NCBI GenBank assembly: GCA_963783375.1
Contig: CAWANH010000003.1
Span: forward strand, 96,001-160,000
Length of the DNA stretch: 64,000 nucleotides
DNA from: Candidatus Eiseniibacteriota bacterium
GTDB lineage: Bacteria; Eisenbacteria; RBG-16-71-46; JABDJR01
Direction of reading: 5' to 3'
Below the pieces are notes generated by a model, which was not told where the DNA came from, ran no database searches, and was given only the letters and a program-made list of their open reading frames with translations. Within the stretch, counting starts at the first letter, position 1; each line of letters opens with the position of its first letter. This document shows positions 40,763-50,765 of the stretch, piece after piece. A program made the translations under genes and the position numbers.

Positions 40763-43700
40763 CTAGCTCGATTCCTCGACCTTCTCCGCCTTGCCCCGGA
40801 TCCCGAACACCCGCCGGATCCAGGCTTCGGAGGCATAGCGGATATCCAGCATGAGGCTGAAGATGGCGGGAACCAGGAACAGGGTGAACACGGTGGAGAC
40901 GGCCAGCCCGCCCACCACCACGCTCCCCAGGCCCCGGTAGAGCTCCGATCCCGCTCCGGGGAACACCACCAGCGGCAACATCCCGAACACCGAGGTGCTC
41001 ACGCTCATGAAGATGGGGCGGATGCGGTTTCCCACCGCCTCCCGGATGGCCTCGCGGGACTCCATGCCGTCCTCGCGGATGTGGTTCAGCGATTGGTGAA
41101 CGATCAGGATCGCGTTGTTCACCACCGTGCCCACCAGGATGATGAACCCGAGCATGGTGAGGGTATCCAGGGGCTGGTAGACGAACAGGTTCATGGCGGC
41201 CAGGCCCAGGAACCCGCCGAGCGCGGCCAGGGGGACGCTGAACATGATGACGAAGGGATAGACGAAGTTCTCGAACAGGGCGGCCATGAGCAGGTAGGTG
41301 ATGACCAGGGCCAGGAGGAAGTTCCACCGAAGCGAGCGCCAGGTCTGGGAGAGCTTGTCCGCGGTGCCGCTCAGGTTCGCCTGGTAGAGACCGCCCAGCC
41401 TCCCTTCATCCTGCATGGGGCCGAGGATCCGGGTCCGGATCTCGTCCATCGCCTCTTCCAGGGGCATCTTCTCGTCGGGGGTGACCCGGATGGTGATCGC
41501 CCGCTCGCGGTTGGTGTGGTTGATGGTGACCGGGCCGTTCGTCTCCTCCACGTCGGCCACCGATCCCACCGTGACCAGCTGCCCTCCACCGGTGGCGATC
41601 GGCATCTGCTCCAGCAGGTGGGTGCGAAGGGAGTCCCCCTCGTCGGCCATCACCGTGAGGTCCAGCGCGCGACCCTCGTACTGGAACTCGCTGGCCTTGG
41701 CCCCGTCCACCAGCGCGCTCACCGTGAACCCGAGCTCCTGGTTGGAGATGCCCAGTTCCGCGGCCCGGCGGCGGTCGGTGCGGACCCGGACCTCGGGGTT
41801 TCCAAGATCCAGGCTCGGAATGGGGCGGGCCTGGGCCCCCGGAAGCACCTGCATGACCTTGCCGAAGACCTCGCCGCCGACTCCCAGCAAGTGGTCGAGA
41901 TCGGGGCCGGTGAGATCGATGTCGATGTTCCGGCCCTCCCCCAGCCCGCGTTGGAAGATGGAAGCCTGGTTGATCACGAAGATCGCACCGGGGATCTTGC
42001 CGTTGATCCTCCGGAACTCGGGGATCAGCTCCTTCACCCGCAGGGGATCGTTGGAGCGTGCTCCCATGAAGGCCTGGGTGGGAAGGGCCACGAAGAAGAA
42101 CCCGGAGATTCCTCCCCCGGGAAGCTTCTTGGCCTCGGGGGCGTTCGCGTCCGGGGCCCAGAGATGGGAGAGTTCCTTCTCGAACACGTCGTGCATCCCC
42201 GCCATCTCGTCCAGGTTGTAGCCGGGGGGCGGGAGCAGGAACCCGAAGAGGAAGTTCTGGTTTCCCACCGGGAGGTACTCGGTCTTGGGCATGAGGAGCC
42301 AGGAGAGCCCTATGGAGAGCCCGGTCATGACGATGATCACCGTGAGGCGCCGGCGATTGGAGCCGGTGATCCAGTACACGGTGCGGGTAACCCAGTCGTT
42401 GAAGGCGTGGGCGGCGGTCATGCCCCCCCACAGGTTCTTGAAGCCGTGGAGCTTTCCGGAAGGGATGCCCCCAAGGATCCTCGCCGACATGCTGGGAATG
42501 ACGGTGATGGAGACCAGGAGGCTCAACGCCACCGCGCAGGAAAGCGCGATGGCGATGTCCCCGAAGAGCTGGCCCACCTCCTCGCGAATGAAGACCACCG
42601 GCACGAAGACGGCGATGGTGGTCAGGGTCGAGGCCAGAACCGCTCCCCAGACTTCCTGGCCGCCGTCCAGCGCGGCCCTGAGCCGCGACTTTCCGAGCTG
42701 GCGGTGCCGGTAGATGTTCTCCAGCACCACGATCGAGTTGTCCACCACCATGCCCACCGCGAACGCCATGCCGGCCAGGCTGATGACGTTGATCGTCCGG
42801 TGGAGGAGCGCCATCATGAGAAAGGTGCCGATCAGGCTGATGGGGATGGCCACCGCGATCACCAGGGTACTGGTGAAGCTCCGGAGGAAGAGCAGGAGGA
42901 CGATGATGGCCAGGATTCCGCCGATCACCAGGCTCTGGCGCACCAGGGAGATGGAGCTCTCGATGTACTGGGTCTCGTCGTAGACCTGCTGGAGCTTGAG
43001 CCCGCGCCGGGTGAGCTCGTCCCGGTTCAGGGCCCCCGCCACCTCCTTCACCCCCCGCATGGATTCCAGGACGTTGGCCCCCGACTCCTTGATCACGTTG
43101 ATGGCCAGCACCTGCTGGCCCAGCTCGTAGACCCGGGCCCCCGGCTTGGCGTAGCTCAGCTCCGCGTGGCCGATGTCCTTCACGTAGACCGGCACCCCGT
43201 TCCGGATGGCCACCACCACGTTCTCGATGTCCTCGGGGGATCGGTATTCCCCCACCGTGCGGACCACGTACCGGCGCTTGCCCTCGTCGAAGGAACCGCC
43301 GCTGTAGTTCCGGTTCTCCCGGTCCAGGGCGGCCCGGAGCTCGTTCAGGCTCACCTGGCGGGCGGCCAGCTCCGCCGGGTCGAAGACGACCTGCATCTCC
43401 CGCTCGCGACCGCCATAAACATTGGAGTTGGCCACTCCGGGCACCCGTTCGAAGGCGGGCTTGATGACGTCGTCGGCGAAGTCGAAGAGGGTGGAGATGT
43501 CGCCGTCGAAGCCGTTCTTCTCCGCGGGCAGGAGCATGAACCAGGCGATGGCCCCGGCGTTGGCCGCAACGCTCCGGATCACCGGGCGGTCGGCCTCGGG
43601 TGGGTAGCTCGGCACCTGGTCGAGGCGGTTGGATACCTTGAGCACCGCCGCGTCGAGGTCGGTCCCCACCCCGAACGTGAGGGTGATGGAGCCCCGGCTG

Positions 43701-43957
43701 TCCGAGCTGGAGCTCTCCATCTTGACCAGGCCTTCCAGCGACTTGAGCTGCTCCTCCTGCTCGTCGACGATCTCGCGCTCGATTTCCTGGGGGCTCGCCC
43801 CCGGCCACACCGTGCTCACCGTGACCTCGGGCTGCTCCACGTTGGGGGTGAGCTGGACCGGGATCCGGGTCAAGGCCAGGCTGCCGAACAGCACCAGGAG
43901 GATCACGCACACCGTGGTGGTAACGGGGAAATGAACGGCCTGGTCGATGAGCTTCAC
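40763..43957 (-). CDS. RND efflux permease (AcrB/AcrD/AcrF family)
   Basis: 1064 aa; GASPQEIE, GMVVDNSIVVLENI, GTVVNNAIL, RIRPIFMS. Confidence 0.95.
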   Translation of the reverse strand: MKLIDQAVHFPVTTTVCVILLVLFGSLALTRIPVQLTPNVEQPEVTVSTVWPGASPQEIEREIVDEQEEQLKSLEGLVKMESSSSDSRGSITLTFGVGTDLDAAVLKVSNRLDQVPSYPPEADRPVIRSVAANAGAIAWFMLLPAEKNGFDGDISTLFDFADDVIKPAFERVPGVANSNVYGGREREMQVVFDPAELAARQVSLNELRAALDRENRNYSGGSFDEGKRRYVVRTVGEYRSPEDIENVVVAIRNGVPVYVKDIGHAELSYAKPGARVYELGQQVLAINVIKESGANVLESMRGVKEVAGALNRDELTRRGLKLQQVYDETQYIESSISLVRQSLVIGGILAIIVLLLFLRSFTSTLVIAVAIPISLIGTFLMMALLHRTINVISLAGMAFAVGMVVDNSIVVLENIYRHRQLGKSRLRAALDGGQEVWGAVLASTLTTIAVFVPVVFIREEVGQLFGDIAIALSCAVALSLLVSITVIPSMSARILGGIPSGKLHGFKNLWGGMTAAHAFNDWVTRTVYWITGSNRRRLTVIIVMTGLSIGLSWLLMPKTEYLPVGNQNFLFGFLLPPPGYNLDEMAGMHDVFEKELSHLWAPDANAPEAKKLPGGGISGFFFVALPTQAFMGARSNDPLRVKELIPEFRRINGKIPGAIFVINQASIFQRGLGEGRNIDIDLTGPDLDHLLGVGGEVFGKVMQVLPGAQARPIPSLDLGNPEVRVRTDRRRAAELGISNQELGFTVSALVDGAKASEFQYEGRALDLTVMADEGDSLRTHLLEQMPIATGGGQLVTVGSVADVEETNGPVTINHTNRERAITIRVTPDEKMPLEEAMDEIRTRILGPMQDEGRLGGLYQANLSGTADKLSQTWRSLRWNFLLALVITYLLMAALFENFVYPFVIMFSVPLAALGGFLGLAAMNLFVYQPLDTLTMLGFIILVGTVVNNAILIVHQSLNHIREDGMESREAIREAVGNRIRPIFMSVSTSVFGMLPLVVFPGAGSELYRGLGSVVVGGLAVSTVFTLFLVPAIFSLMLDIRYASEAWIRRVFGIRGKAEKVEESS

Positions 43958-45054
43958 GGGAGGGGGTACTCCTGGGGTTGGGCGATCACCTTCTGGCCGG
44001 GGCGAAGCCGCTCGTTACCCCGGGTGACCACCGCCTGGCCGGCCTTGACGTCGCCCGCCACCGCAATCCAGTTCCCGGCTCCGGTCCCGGTGGCGACCGG
44101 GGTCATGGACGCGGTGCTGTCGGGGGCGACGACGTAGACGAAGCGGTTGGATCCCTGGCTCACCACCGCGTCCTTGGGCACAATGATCGAGGGCTTGGGA
44201 TCTCCCACCGGAATCGATGCCTGGGCCAGCATGCCGGCCGCCACCCGCCCCTCCCGGTTGGGGATGCTCACCTTGACCGGAAACGTACGGGCGGTGGGAT
44301 CCGCGCGGGGGATGATGGCGGTGATCTTCCCGTCGATCTCCGCCGGCGACGTCGCCTCGAAGGTCACCGCCGCGTCGGCCCCGAGAGCGACCAACCCGAA
44401 GTACCTCCCCGGGACCTCCACCCGCACGTCCATCCGATCGGTGGAAATCATGTCCACCACCGGATCCCCGACCCCGACCCACTCCCCCAGATCCACGTGC
44501 TCGGCCACCACCGTCCCGGCAAACGGGGCGCGAATGGTGGAGCGGTCCAGGTCGAGCTGGGTCTGGCCCACTTCGGCCGAAAGCTGCGCGACCTTCCCTT
44601 CCCACGCCTTGAACTCGGACTGGGCGTCGTCGAAGTCACCGGCGGATATTAGGTTCTTGGCCACGAGATCCTTGGCCCGGCCGAGCGCCCGCTCCGCCCG
44701 CTCCAGCCGGGCCTGGGCTTCCTTCAGGGCCCCCTGGGCCGCGGCGAGCTGGAATTCCAGGGTCTGGGTCCGGAGCTTCACCACCGGCTGCCCCTTCTCG
44801 ACCCGGGTTCCTTCGCGGGCTACCAGATCCTTCACCGCTCCCGCCACCTCGCTCGCCACCCGGCTGGTGGTCCTGGACTCCACCGATCCCGGGAGCTTCA
44901 CCGTCTCCCGGATCGCGAATTGCCGGGCGCTGGTGACCCCGACGGGGGCCGCGGGCGGGCCCTGGGCCAGGGCGGGAACGGAGATGAGGAGCGCGCCGAC
45001 GCCGAATGCGACGGCGGACGCAAACTTCTGCCGACCGGACGTGAATGCTTGCAC
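43954..45054 (-). CDS. RND periplasmic adaptor (membrane fusion protein)
   Basis: EVAGAV..EGTRVEKGQ, coiled coil, IRAPFAG, RTFPVK, GM, VPKDAV. GTG 45054 follows an AGAGGA RBS; alternative ATG at 45099. Confidence 0.9.
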   Translation of the reverse strand: MQAFTSGRQKFASAVAFGVGALLISVPALAQGPPAAPVGVTSARQFAIRETVKLPGSVESRTTSRVASEVAGAVKDLVAREGTRVEKGQPVVKLRTQTLEFQLAAAQGALKEAQARLERAERALGRAKDLVAKNLISAGDFDDAQSEFKAWEGKVAQLSAEVGQTQLDLDRSTIRAPFAGTVVAEHVDLGEWVGVGDPVVDMISTDRMDVRVEVPGRYFGLVALGADAAVTFEATSPAEIDGKITAIIPRADPTARTFPVKVSIPNREGRVAAGMLAQASIPVGDPKPSIIVPKDAVVSQGSNRFVYVVAPDSTASMTPVATGTGAGNWIAVAGDVKAGQAVVTRGNERLRPGQKVIAQPQEYPLP

Positions 45055-45233
45055 CGGATTCCTCTCTTGGGAAACAAAGGGGACAAAGGGGATCCGCATT
45101 ATACACCCCCCCGGGGGGGGCCGCATCCGGGAAGCCAGGGCCTCGGACGGCGGACCCCCGCGCCGGGGCCGGGCGACTCGGGTACACTCAGCCGCCTGCC
45201 GCCCCACACCCGGCCCGAGGACAATTCAGCACC

Positions 45234-46580
45234 ATGACCAGCACGGACTTGGAGAACACCGCCGGAGGACCGGCGGGCGAGCTCAGCTACCGGCGGATCC
45301 TGGCCACCTGGTGGCCCCTGGCCGCGAGCTGGCTCATGATGGGGCTCGAGCTTCCGGTGGTGAGCGCGGTCATCGCCCGGCTCGCCCATCCCGAGGTGAA
45401 CCTCGCCGCCTACGGCGGGGTGGTCTTCCCCCTGGCCCTGGTGGTCGAGGCCCCGATCATCATGCTCCTGGCCGCCTCGGTGGCTCTCTCCCGCGACGAG
45501 GCTTCCTACCGGAAGCTCCGCCGGTTCATGTTCGGGGCGGCGGGCGCGCTCACCGCGATCCACCTCCTGATCGCCGCCACCCCGCTGTACGATCTCGTGG
45601 TGGGGGGCGTGATCGGCGCCCCCGAGGCCATCCGCGCCCCGGCCCGGATCGGCCTCCTCATCATGACCCCCTGGACCGCCTCCATCGCCTACCGGCGCTT
45701 TCACCAGGGGGTGCTGATCCGGTTCAACCGGCCGCGGGTGGTGGGGGTCGGGACCGCGGTGCGGCTGGGAAGCAACTTCACCGTGCTGACCCTGGGATAC
45801 CTGATCGGCGGACTTCCCGGGATCGTGGTGGGAACCGGCGCGGTGGCGGTGGGGGTCGTGTCGGAAGCGGCGTTCATCGGGTGGTCGGTGCGCCCGATCG
45901 TCCGCGGGCCGCTCCACGAGGCCCCACCGGTGGCCGCCCCCATCACCCTCCGCTCCTTCGCGAGCTTCTACGTGCCCCTGGCCATGACCCCGCTTCTGAC
46001 CCTGTTGGCGCTCCCCATCCTGAGCGCGGCATTGAGCCGACTCCCCCGCGCCATCGATTCCCTGGCGGTCTGGCCGGTGATGAACGGGCTCACCTTCGCC
46101 CTTCGAAGCCTGGGCGTGGCCATGAACGAGGTCGTGGTGGCCCTCCTCGACGAGCCGCGCTCCGAGCGGCGCCTCTTCCGGTTTTCCCTGATGCTGGCGG
46201 GAGCGGTAACCGTGGTATTGCTCCTGGTGGCCGCCACCCCGCTCGGGCGGTTCTGGTTCTCGACCCTGTCCGGGCTCTCCGCCCCCCTTTCGCGCCTGGC
46301 CCGAAGCGCCCTGTGGCTGGCGGTGCTCCTTCCCGCATGGAGCGTCTTCCATAGCTGGTACCAGGGGGTTCTGGTCCACGCCCGGCGGACCCGCCCCATC
46401 ACCGAGGCGGTGGCGGTCTACCTGGCGGTGAACGCGGTGATCCTGCTGGGCGCCGCCCGGTGGATCCCGGTGACCGGGATCTACGTGGGCCTCGCGGCCA
46501 TGGTCACCGGCGGCGGGCTCCAGGCGCTCTGGTTGCGGGCGCGAAGCGGCGGGGAGATCGCGGCGCTCCAGGGGCGGTGA
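45234..46580 (+). CDS. MATE/MOP-superfamily membrane protein, ANKH-like
   Basis: Two homologous halves (WWPLAASW...VIARL...LAAY / YVPLAMT...ALSRL...LAVW), about 12 TM. Confidence 0.6.
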   Translation: MTSTDLENTAGGPAGELSYRRILATWWPLAASWLMMGLELPVVSAVIARLAHPEVNLAAYGGVVFPLALVVEAPIIMLLAASVALSRDEASYRKLRRFMFGAAGALTAIHLLIAATPLYDLVVGGVIGAPEAIRAPARIGLLIMTPWTASIAYRRFHQGVLIRFNRPRVVGVGTAVRLGSNFTVLTLGYLIGGLPGIVVGTGAVAVGVVSEAAFIGWSVRPIVRGPLHEAPPVAAPITLRSFASFYVPLAMTPLLTLLALPILSAALSRLPRAIDSLAVWPVMNGLTFALRSLGVAMNEVVVALLDEPRSERRLFRFSLMLAGAVTVVLLLVAATPLGRFWFSTLSGLSAPLSRLARSALWLAVLLPAWSVFHSWYQGVLVHARRTRPITEAVAVYLAVNAVILLGAARWIPVTGIYVGLAAMVTGGGLQALWLRARSGGEIAALQGR

Positions 46581-46654
46581 GCCGGTCGCGGTCGACGGCG
46601 GCCGGATCACCCCGGGCGAGCCGGGAATCGTCATCGTTCAGCGGTGTGGACGCA

Positions 46655-47848
46655 TCATCGGGCATCGCGGAACGCCGCGGCCAACAGGGCGAACATCGCG
46701 ATCCCCATACCCGCCCCGGCCGCAAACACCCCGTCCAGGCCCCAGACTCCGAACACCGAGGCCATGACCAGCGGCCCCAGGGTCTGGCCCAGCCGGAGCA
46801 CCATGCCGTTCACCGCCAGGAGCGCGCCGCGCCGCTCGGCGGGAGCGAGCCCGGCCAGGAGCGTGAGCACGTTGGGGATGTCGAGCCCCATCCCGATCCC
46901 GAAGATCACGGTGGGGACGAGGAGCAGGCCCACCGACCGGACGAAGGGCACGACGACCATCCCCGTCCCCAGGAGGGCAAAGCTCACCGCGAGAAGCCGC
47001 CGCTCGGAGAACCGCTCCGCCAGCCTCCCCACGAACGCGGAGGTCACCGCGGTGGACGCGGACATGCTGGACATCACCAGGCCGATCTCGAAGGCGCTCC
47101 CCCCGAAACGGCGGTCGATCAGGAACGGGAAGTACGTGAGGTAGGACCCGTACAGGATCACGAAGGTGGCCACGCTCGATGCGAACAGAACCAGGATCCG
47201 GCCGTCGAGCAGGAGATCGCGGACCCCTCCGAGGTACTCGCGGAGGGGCTGGCGGTTTCGTACCTCGGGGTTGTGGAGGCCGAAGAGCACCAGGAGCCCC
47301 ACCGGCACGGCGAGAATCGGCAGTGCAAACGGCGCGTACCATCCGAGGCCGGCCAGCGCTCCCCCCAGGACCGGGTAGCCCGCGGTGCCGACGCTGAGGA
47401 CGCTGGAGTTGATCCCCATGGCCTCGGTTCGCCGCTTCCCCGAATACAGATCCCCGATCAGGGTGGCATAGAGGGCCCCCAGGGACGCCGCCCCGATCCC
47501 CTGCACGAATCTGAGAACCAGAAGCGCGTGAAAATCGCGCATGAGGGCGCAGACGCTTCCCGCCAGACCGAACAGGAAGAGCGACGGAACCAGGATCCGC
47601 TTCCGACCGAAGCGGTCAGCCAGCATGCCCAGGAAGGGCGCCAGAACCACCCCGGGAAGGGTGAACACCGTGATGAGGAGTCCGACCTGTTTCGGCGACA
47701 CCCCCAGCGCGGTGACCAGGGCGGGAAAGACCGGCGTGATGCTGGATACCCCCATGATGGCCATGAGGGTGACCGCGAAGACGATGCGGAGGTTGGGGTC
47801 GCGGTAGAGTTTCGGCCGCCCGGGTCCCGGTGCCGGCGCTCCGGGCAT
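46655..47848 (-). CDS. MFS transporter
   Basis: GMLADRFGRKRIL (motif A), RFVQGIG, about 12 TM; ATG overlaps the upstream stop (TGATG). Confidence 0.9.
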   Translation of the reverse strand: MPGAPAPGPGRPKLYRDPNLRIVFAVTLMAIMGVSSITPVFPALVTALGVSPKQVGLLITVFTLPGVVLAPFLGMLADRFGRKRILVPSLFLFGLAGSVCALMRDFHALLVLRFVQGIGAASLGALYATLIGDLYSGKRRTEAMGINSSVLSVGTAGYPVLGGALAGLGWYAPFALPILAVPVGLLVLFGLHNPEVRNRQPLREYLGGVRDLLLDGRILVLFASSVATFVILYGSYLTYFPFLIDRRFGGSAFEIGLVMSSMSASTAVTSAFVGRLAERFSERRLLAVSFALLGTGMVVVPFVRSVGLLLVPTVIFGIGMGLDIPNVLTLLAGLAPAERRGALLAVNGMVLRLGQTLGPLVMASVFGVWGLDGVFAAGAGMGIAMFALLAAAFRDAR

Positions 47849-49536
47849 CAGGCCGGTTCCGCGAGCTTCAGAACCGCCCGGCGGAGCTTCCGGTGCCGGT
47901 CGAAGAGCCGCACGAACTCCGACTCCCGCCGGCCTCCCTTGGCCAGGACGATCCGCGCCAGCGCGCGCTTCTCCTCCGAGCTCCACCGCTCCACGCCCGG
48001 CAGCGCGGCGATGAACAGGCTCCACCGGTCCCACCAGAGGCGCTCACCCGGAGAAAGTTTCCGCCGGGACCCGAGCCCCAGGAGCCGGGCCGCCTCGGCG
48101 GACGCGGTCCGCACCGCGGCCTCGCGATCCGAACCGAAGCGCCGGGCGGTGGACCTGACGATGCCCAGGCCGATCTCCCCCAGGGGGAGCCGCCCCAACA
48201 CGTCGTCCCGTTCGCGATTCAGGAAGTAGTACACGTTGGCGATGACAAGCTTCTTCAGGGTCCGGAGATCGGAGCGATGAGCGGGGTCGCGCTTCATGGC
48301 CCGGAGTTCCTCCCGGGCGATCCGCTTCACCTCGGGGTCGTCGGGCCGGAAGCCGAGCTTCCGGTAGAACCACCAGGCGCCCGATTTCAGCCCTTCCTCG
48401 TTCTCGTCCCCGAGCTGGTAGGGATCGATGGTGAAGGCGTCGGAGCCGAACAGCCAGCGGATGGTCCCCATGGCCCGGCCGTAGATGCTCGCCGCTTCCC
48501 CTCCCCGGAAGGTCTCGAACACGTTGAACGCCACCTCCGAGGAGCCGAAGATCCCGCTGGCCAGGACGTAGCCGGCGGGAACGCCGTTCACGAGGGTGAG
48601 GAACCCGTAGACCGACTCCAGCAGCAGCCGGCGCTCCGGCACGGTCCCGATCACCGCGAACTGGAGGCCGTCCCCGCACTCCACCATGCGGACGTCGTGG
48701 GGATCGGCGTGCTTGAACGCGTAGAGATCGCGGCTCCGGGTCACCATGGCCTCCCGGGCCCGGTCGATGAGGGCCCTCCCCTCCCGTGGCGCCACCTCTC
48801 GCACCGCCAACGGGGGGCGGAGGATTTCCCGACGGAGGTCGGGCCGGCCGCGATCCAGGGGCCGGGTCCGGTAGGTGACCGGAGAGCCGGGATGGCGGGC
48901 GTGGGTCCGGTTGGGGACGCCGGGGCCGGGAGCGAGGACAATGGGGACCAGGAGGTCGTCGAAGAGCTTCTCCCGGGCCGGGGCCGCGATCCGGAACGCC
49001 TCGAAGCGGCGGGCCAGGAAGGCGGCGTCGGTCTCACCGGGTCCCTTGAGCGCGTCCAGCCACTCCCCGGGGGCCAGCTCCAGGGAATCCAGGGCCAGGG
49101 TCTCGGCGTAGGGAAGCATGAGGAAGAGCATCTCGACCAGGCGGTCGGCGGCCTCGAACTCCGACCAGTCGATGGTGCAGCGGTCGGGCCAGCGGGAGAC
49201 GAGCCAGCGGACGGTGGGCCAGTAGAAGGCGTAGTGGGTGGCGGTGCCGTCGATCCCGCTGTCGGCGAGTGCCCGGCGGTGCCGCCGGAGATCGCCCCGC
49301 TCCGGGAACTCCGCCAGCATGGTCTCGGCGCCGCCGAGAACCGCGGGGTCGTCGGGATAGGCGCGGAGGAAGCAGAGGACCTCGTGGAGCCGGAGGACCT
49401 CGGCCGCGCCGGAGAGGCGGCGGGCGGAGAGCCTCCCCATGAGCGCGAGCTTCTCCGCGGAAGCTCCATTCCCGTAGACCTGCTTCAACGCCTCCAGCCG
49501 CCGGAGCAGAGCCGACGAACTCTCCCGCTTCACCAT
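47848..49536 (-). CDS. Hypothetical protein with GNAT-like C-terminal region
   Basis: 562-aa ORF; NVFETFRGGEA and GAWWFYRKLGF resemble GNAT motifs A and B. Confidence 0.6.
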   Translation of the reverse strand: MVKRESSSALLRRLEALKQVYGNGASAEKLALMGRLSARRLSGAAEVLRLHEVLCFLRAYPDDPAVLGGAETMLAEFPERGDLRRHRRALADSGIDGTATHYAFYWPTVRWLVSRWPDRCTIDWSEFEAADRLVEMLFLMLPYAETLALDSLELAPGEWLDALKGPGETDAAFLARRFEAFRIAAPAREKLFDDLLVPIVLAPGPGVPNRTHARHPGSPVTYRTRPLDRGRPDLRREILRPPLAVREVAPREGRALIDRAREAMVTRSRDLYAFKHADPHDVRMVECGDGLQFAVIGTVPERRLLLESVYGFLTLVNGVPAGYVLASGIFGSSEVAFNVFETFRGGEAASIYGRAMGTIRWLFGSDAFTIDPYQLGDENEEGLKSGAWWFYRKLGFRPDDPEVKRIAREELRAMKRDPAHRSDLRTLKKLVIANVYYFLNRERDDVLGRLPLGEIGLGIVRSTARRFGSDREAAVRTASAEAARLLGLGSRRKLSPGERLWWDRWSLFIAALPGVERWSSEEKRALARIVLAKGGRRESEFVRLFDRHRKLRRAVLKLAEPA

Positions 49537-49628
49537 CCGGACCCCCCTTCGGCGGACTCCCGCCGGAAACGCCGGCCCGCGGGCGGAACTCGACCCGCGC
49601 GTGATTGCCGGCGACCCGGATCAGCCTA

Positions 49629-50627
49629 TCAGCGGGAGGCGGGGACGGGAACGGCCTTGGTCTCCTCCTCGGCCTCGTTCCAGTTGGTGTGGGGGACCCG
49701 GTTTCGCACGAACCACTGGAAGAGGATCTCGCCGTAGCCCATCGGTCGGTGGCCTATCTTCTCGTAGAACGGCCAGAGTTTCCGCTGCAGGGCGGGGAGG
49801 TTGTAGGCCGGCACCCCCACCAGGTAGTGGTGCTCGAGGTGGAAGTTCGAGTACACGAAGATCCAGTTCCAGAACCAGTGGCCCTTCACCAGGGTGGCCC
49901 ACTTGGCCGGATCGCGGGGATCGACGGCATAGTGCTGACCGAGGCGGTTCAGGAAGAACGCGAAGGGGAAGAAGAGGAAGAGCGGCGCCCCGTGAACCCG
50001 GAACCAGAGCCAGAATCCGCCGGTGGAGACGAGCCACCAGGCGAGGGCGATGTGGAGGCCCATCCAAGCCGTCCGCTCCAGGTTGATGGTGAGCCGGAGC
50101 CGCGGTGAATAGCGGCGCGCGGCCCGGGCCGAGGCGATGGAGTAGATCACGAACAGCGCGGGGGTGAAGTAGAGCGCCTTGTACCAGCGGGCAACCCGCT
50201 TGGGGGAGAGGTAGGCCCGCTTGGGATCGTCGTCGACGGTGCCCAGCTCGCTGTGGTGATCGAGATGCCAGCGTTTGAACTGGCTGGCCGAGATCGCGCT
50301 CGGAAGCGCGTAGAAGAGTCCCAACGCCCGCTCCCAGAACGGGCGGCGGCGGGCGAAGATCAGGTTGTGGACCTGTTCGTGGAGCAGAATGATGAAGGAG
50401 AGGATCACGAACCCCTGGAGGAACGCGAGAGGGATCCAGATCAGGGGGTGGGTCACCCGGGCGCACACCACCGCGATCCCCACCAGGAGCACGAGCTGCT
50501 GGGCCACCAGCGCGAAGTGCCTCCAGGCGCTACGCCGATGGAGGCCGCGGATCTCGTCCTGGCTCAGGAACTCCCGGAGCCGGCGTTGGATCTCGGGGTT
50601 GACGGTGCGGTCGTAGGAACGATTCAT
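49629..50627 (-). CDS. Fatty acid desaturase family protein
   Basis: His boxes HEQVH, HLDHH and HLEHH with TM segments. Confidence 0.88.
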   Translation of the reverse strand: MNRSYDRTVNPEIQRRLREFLSQDEIRGLHRRSAWRHFALVAQQLVLLVGIAVVCARVTHPLIWIPLAFLQGFVILSFIILLHEQVHNLIFARRRPFWERALGLFYALPSAISASQFKRWHLDHHSELGTVDDDPKRAYLSPKRVARWYKALYFTPALFVIYSIASARAARRYSPRLRLTINLERTAWMGLHIALAWWLVSTGGFWLWFRVHGAPLFLFFPFAFFLNRLGQHYAVDPRDPAKWATLVKGHWFWNWIFVYSNFHLEHHYLVGVPAYNLPALQRKLWPFYEKIGHRPMGYGEILFQWFVRNRVPHTNWNEAEEETKAVPVPASR

Positions 50628-50765
50628 GAGTCCAATGGGTTCGGGCCGTCGCGCCGGTGATCGCCCGGCGAGGCCCCTTCGGTTCGGTACGATCGCGAAA
50701 CCCCCGGTTGCCGGGGCCGCGGGGAGAGGGTCGACCCGCTTCCCCGCGGCACAAGCCCGTCCCGG

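Noticed and set aside
45074-45091. Direct repeat ACAAAGGGG x2 between the RND and ANKH-like genes
   Set aside because: Only two short copies; could be an operator but nothing else supports it.
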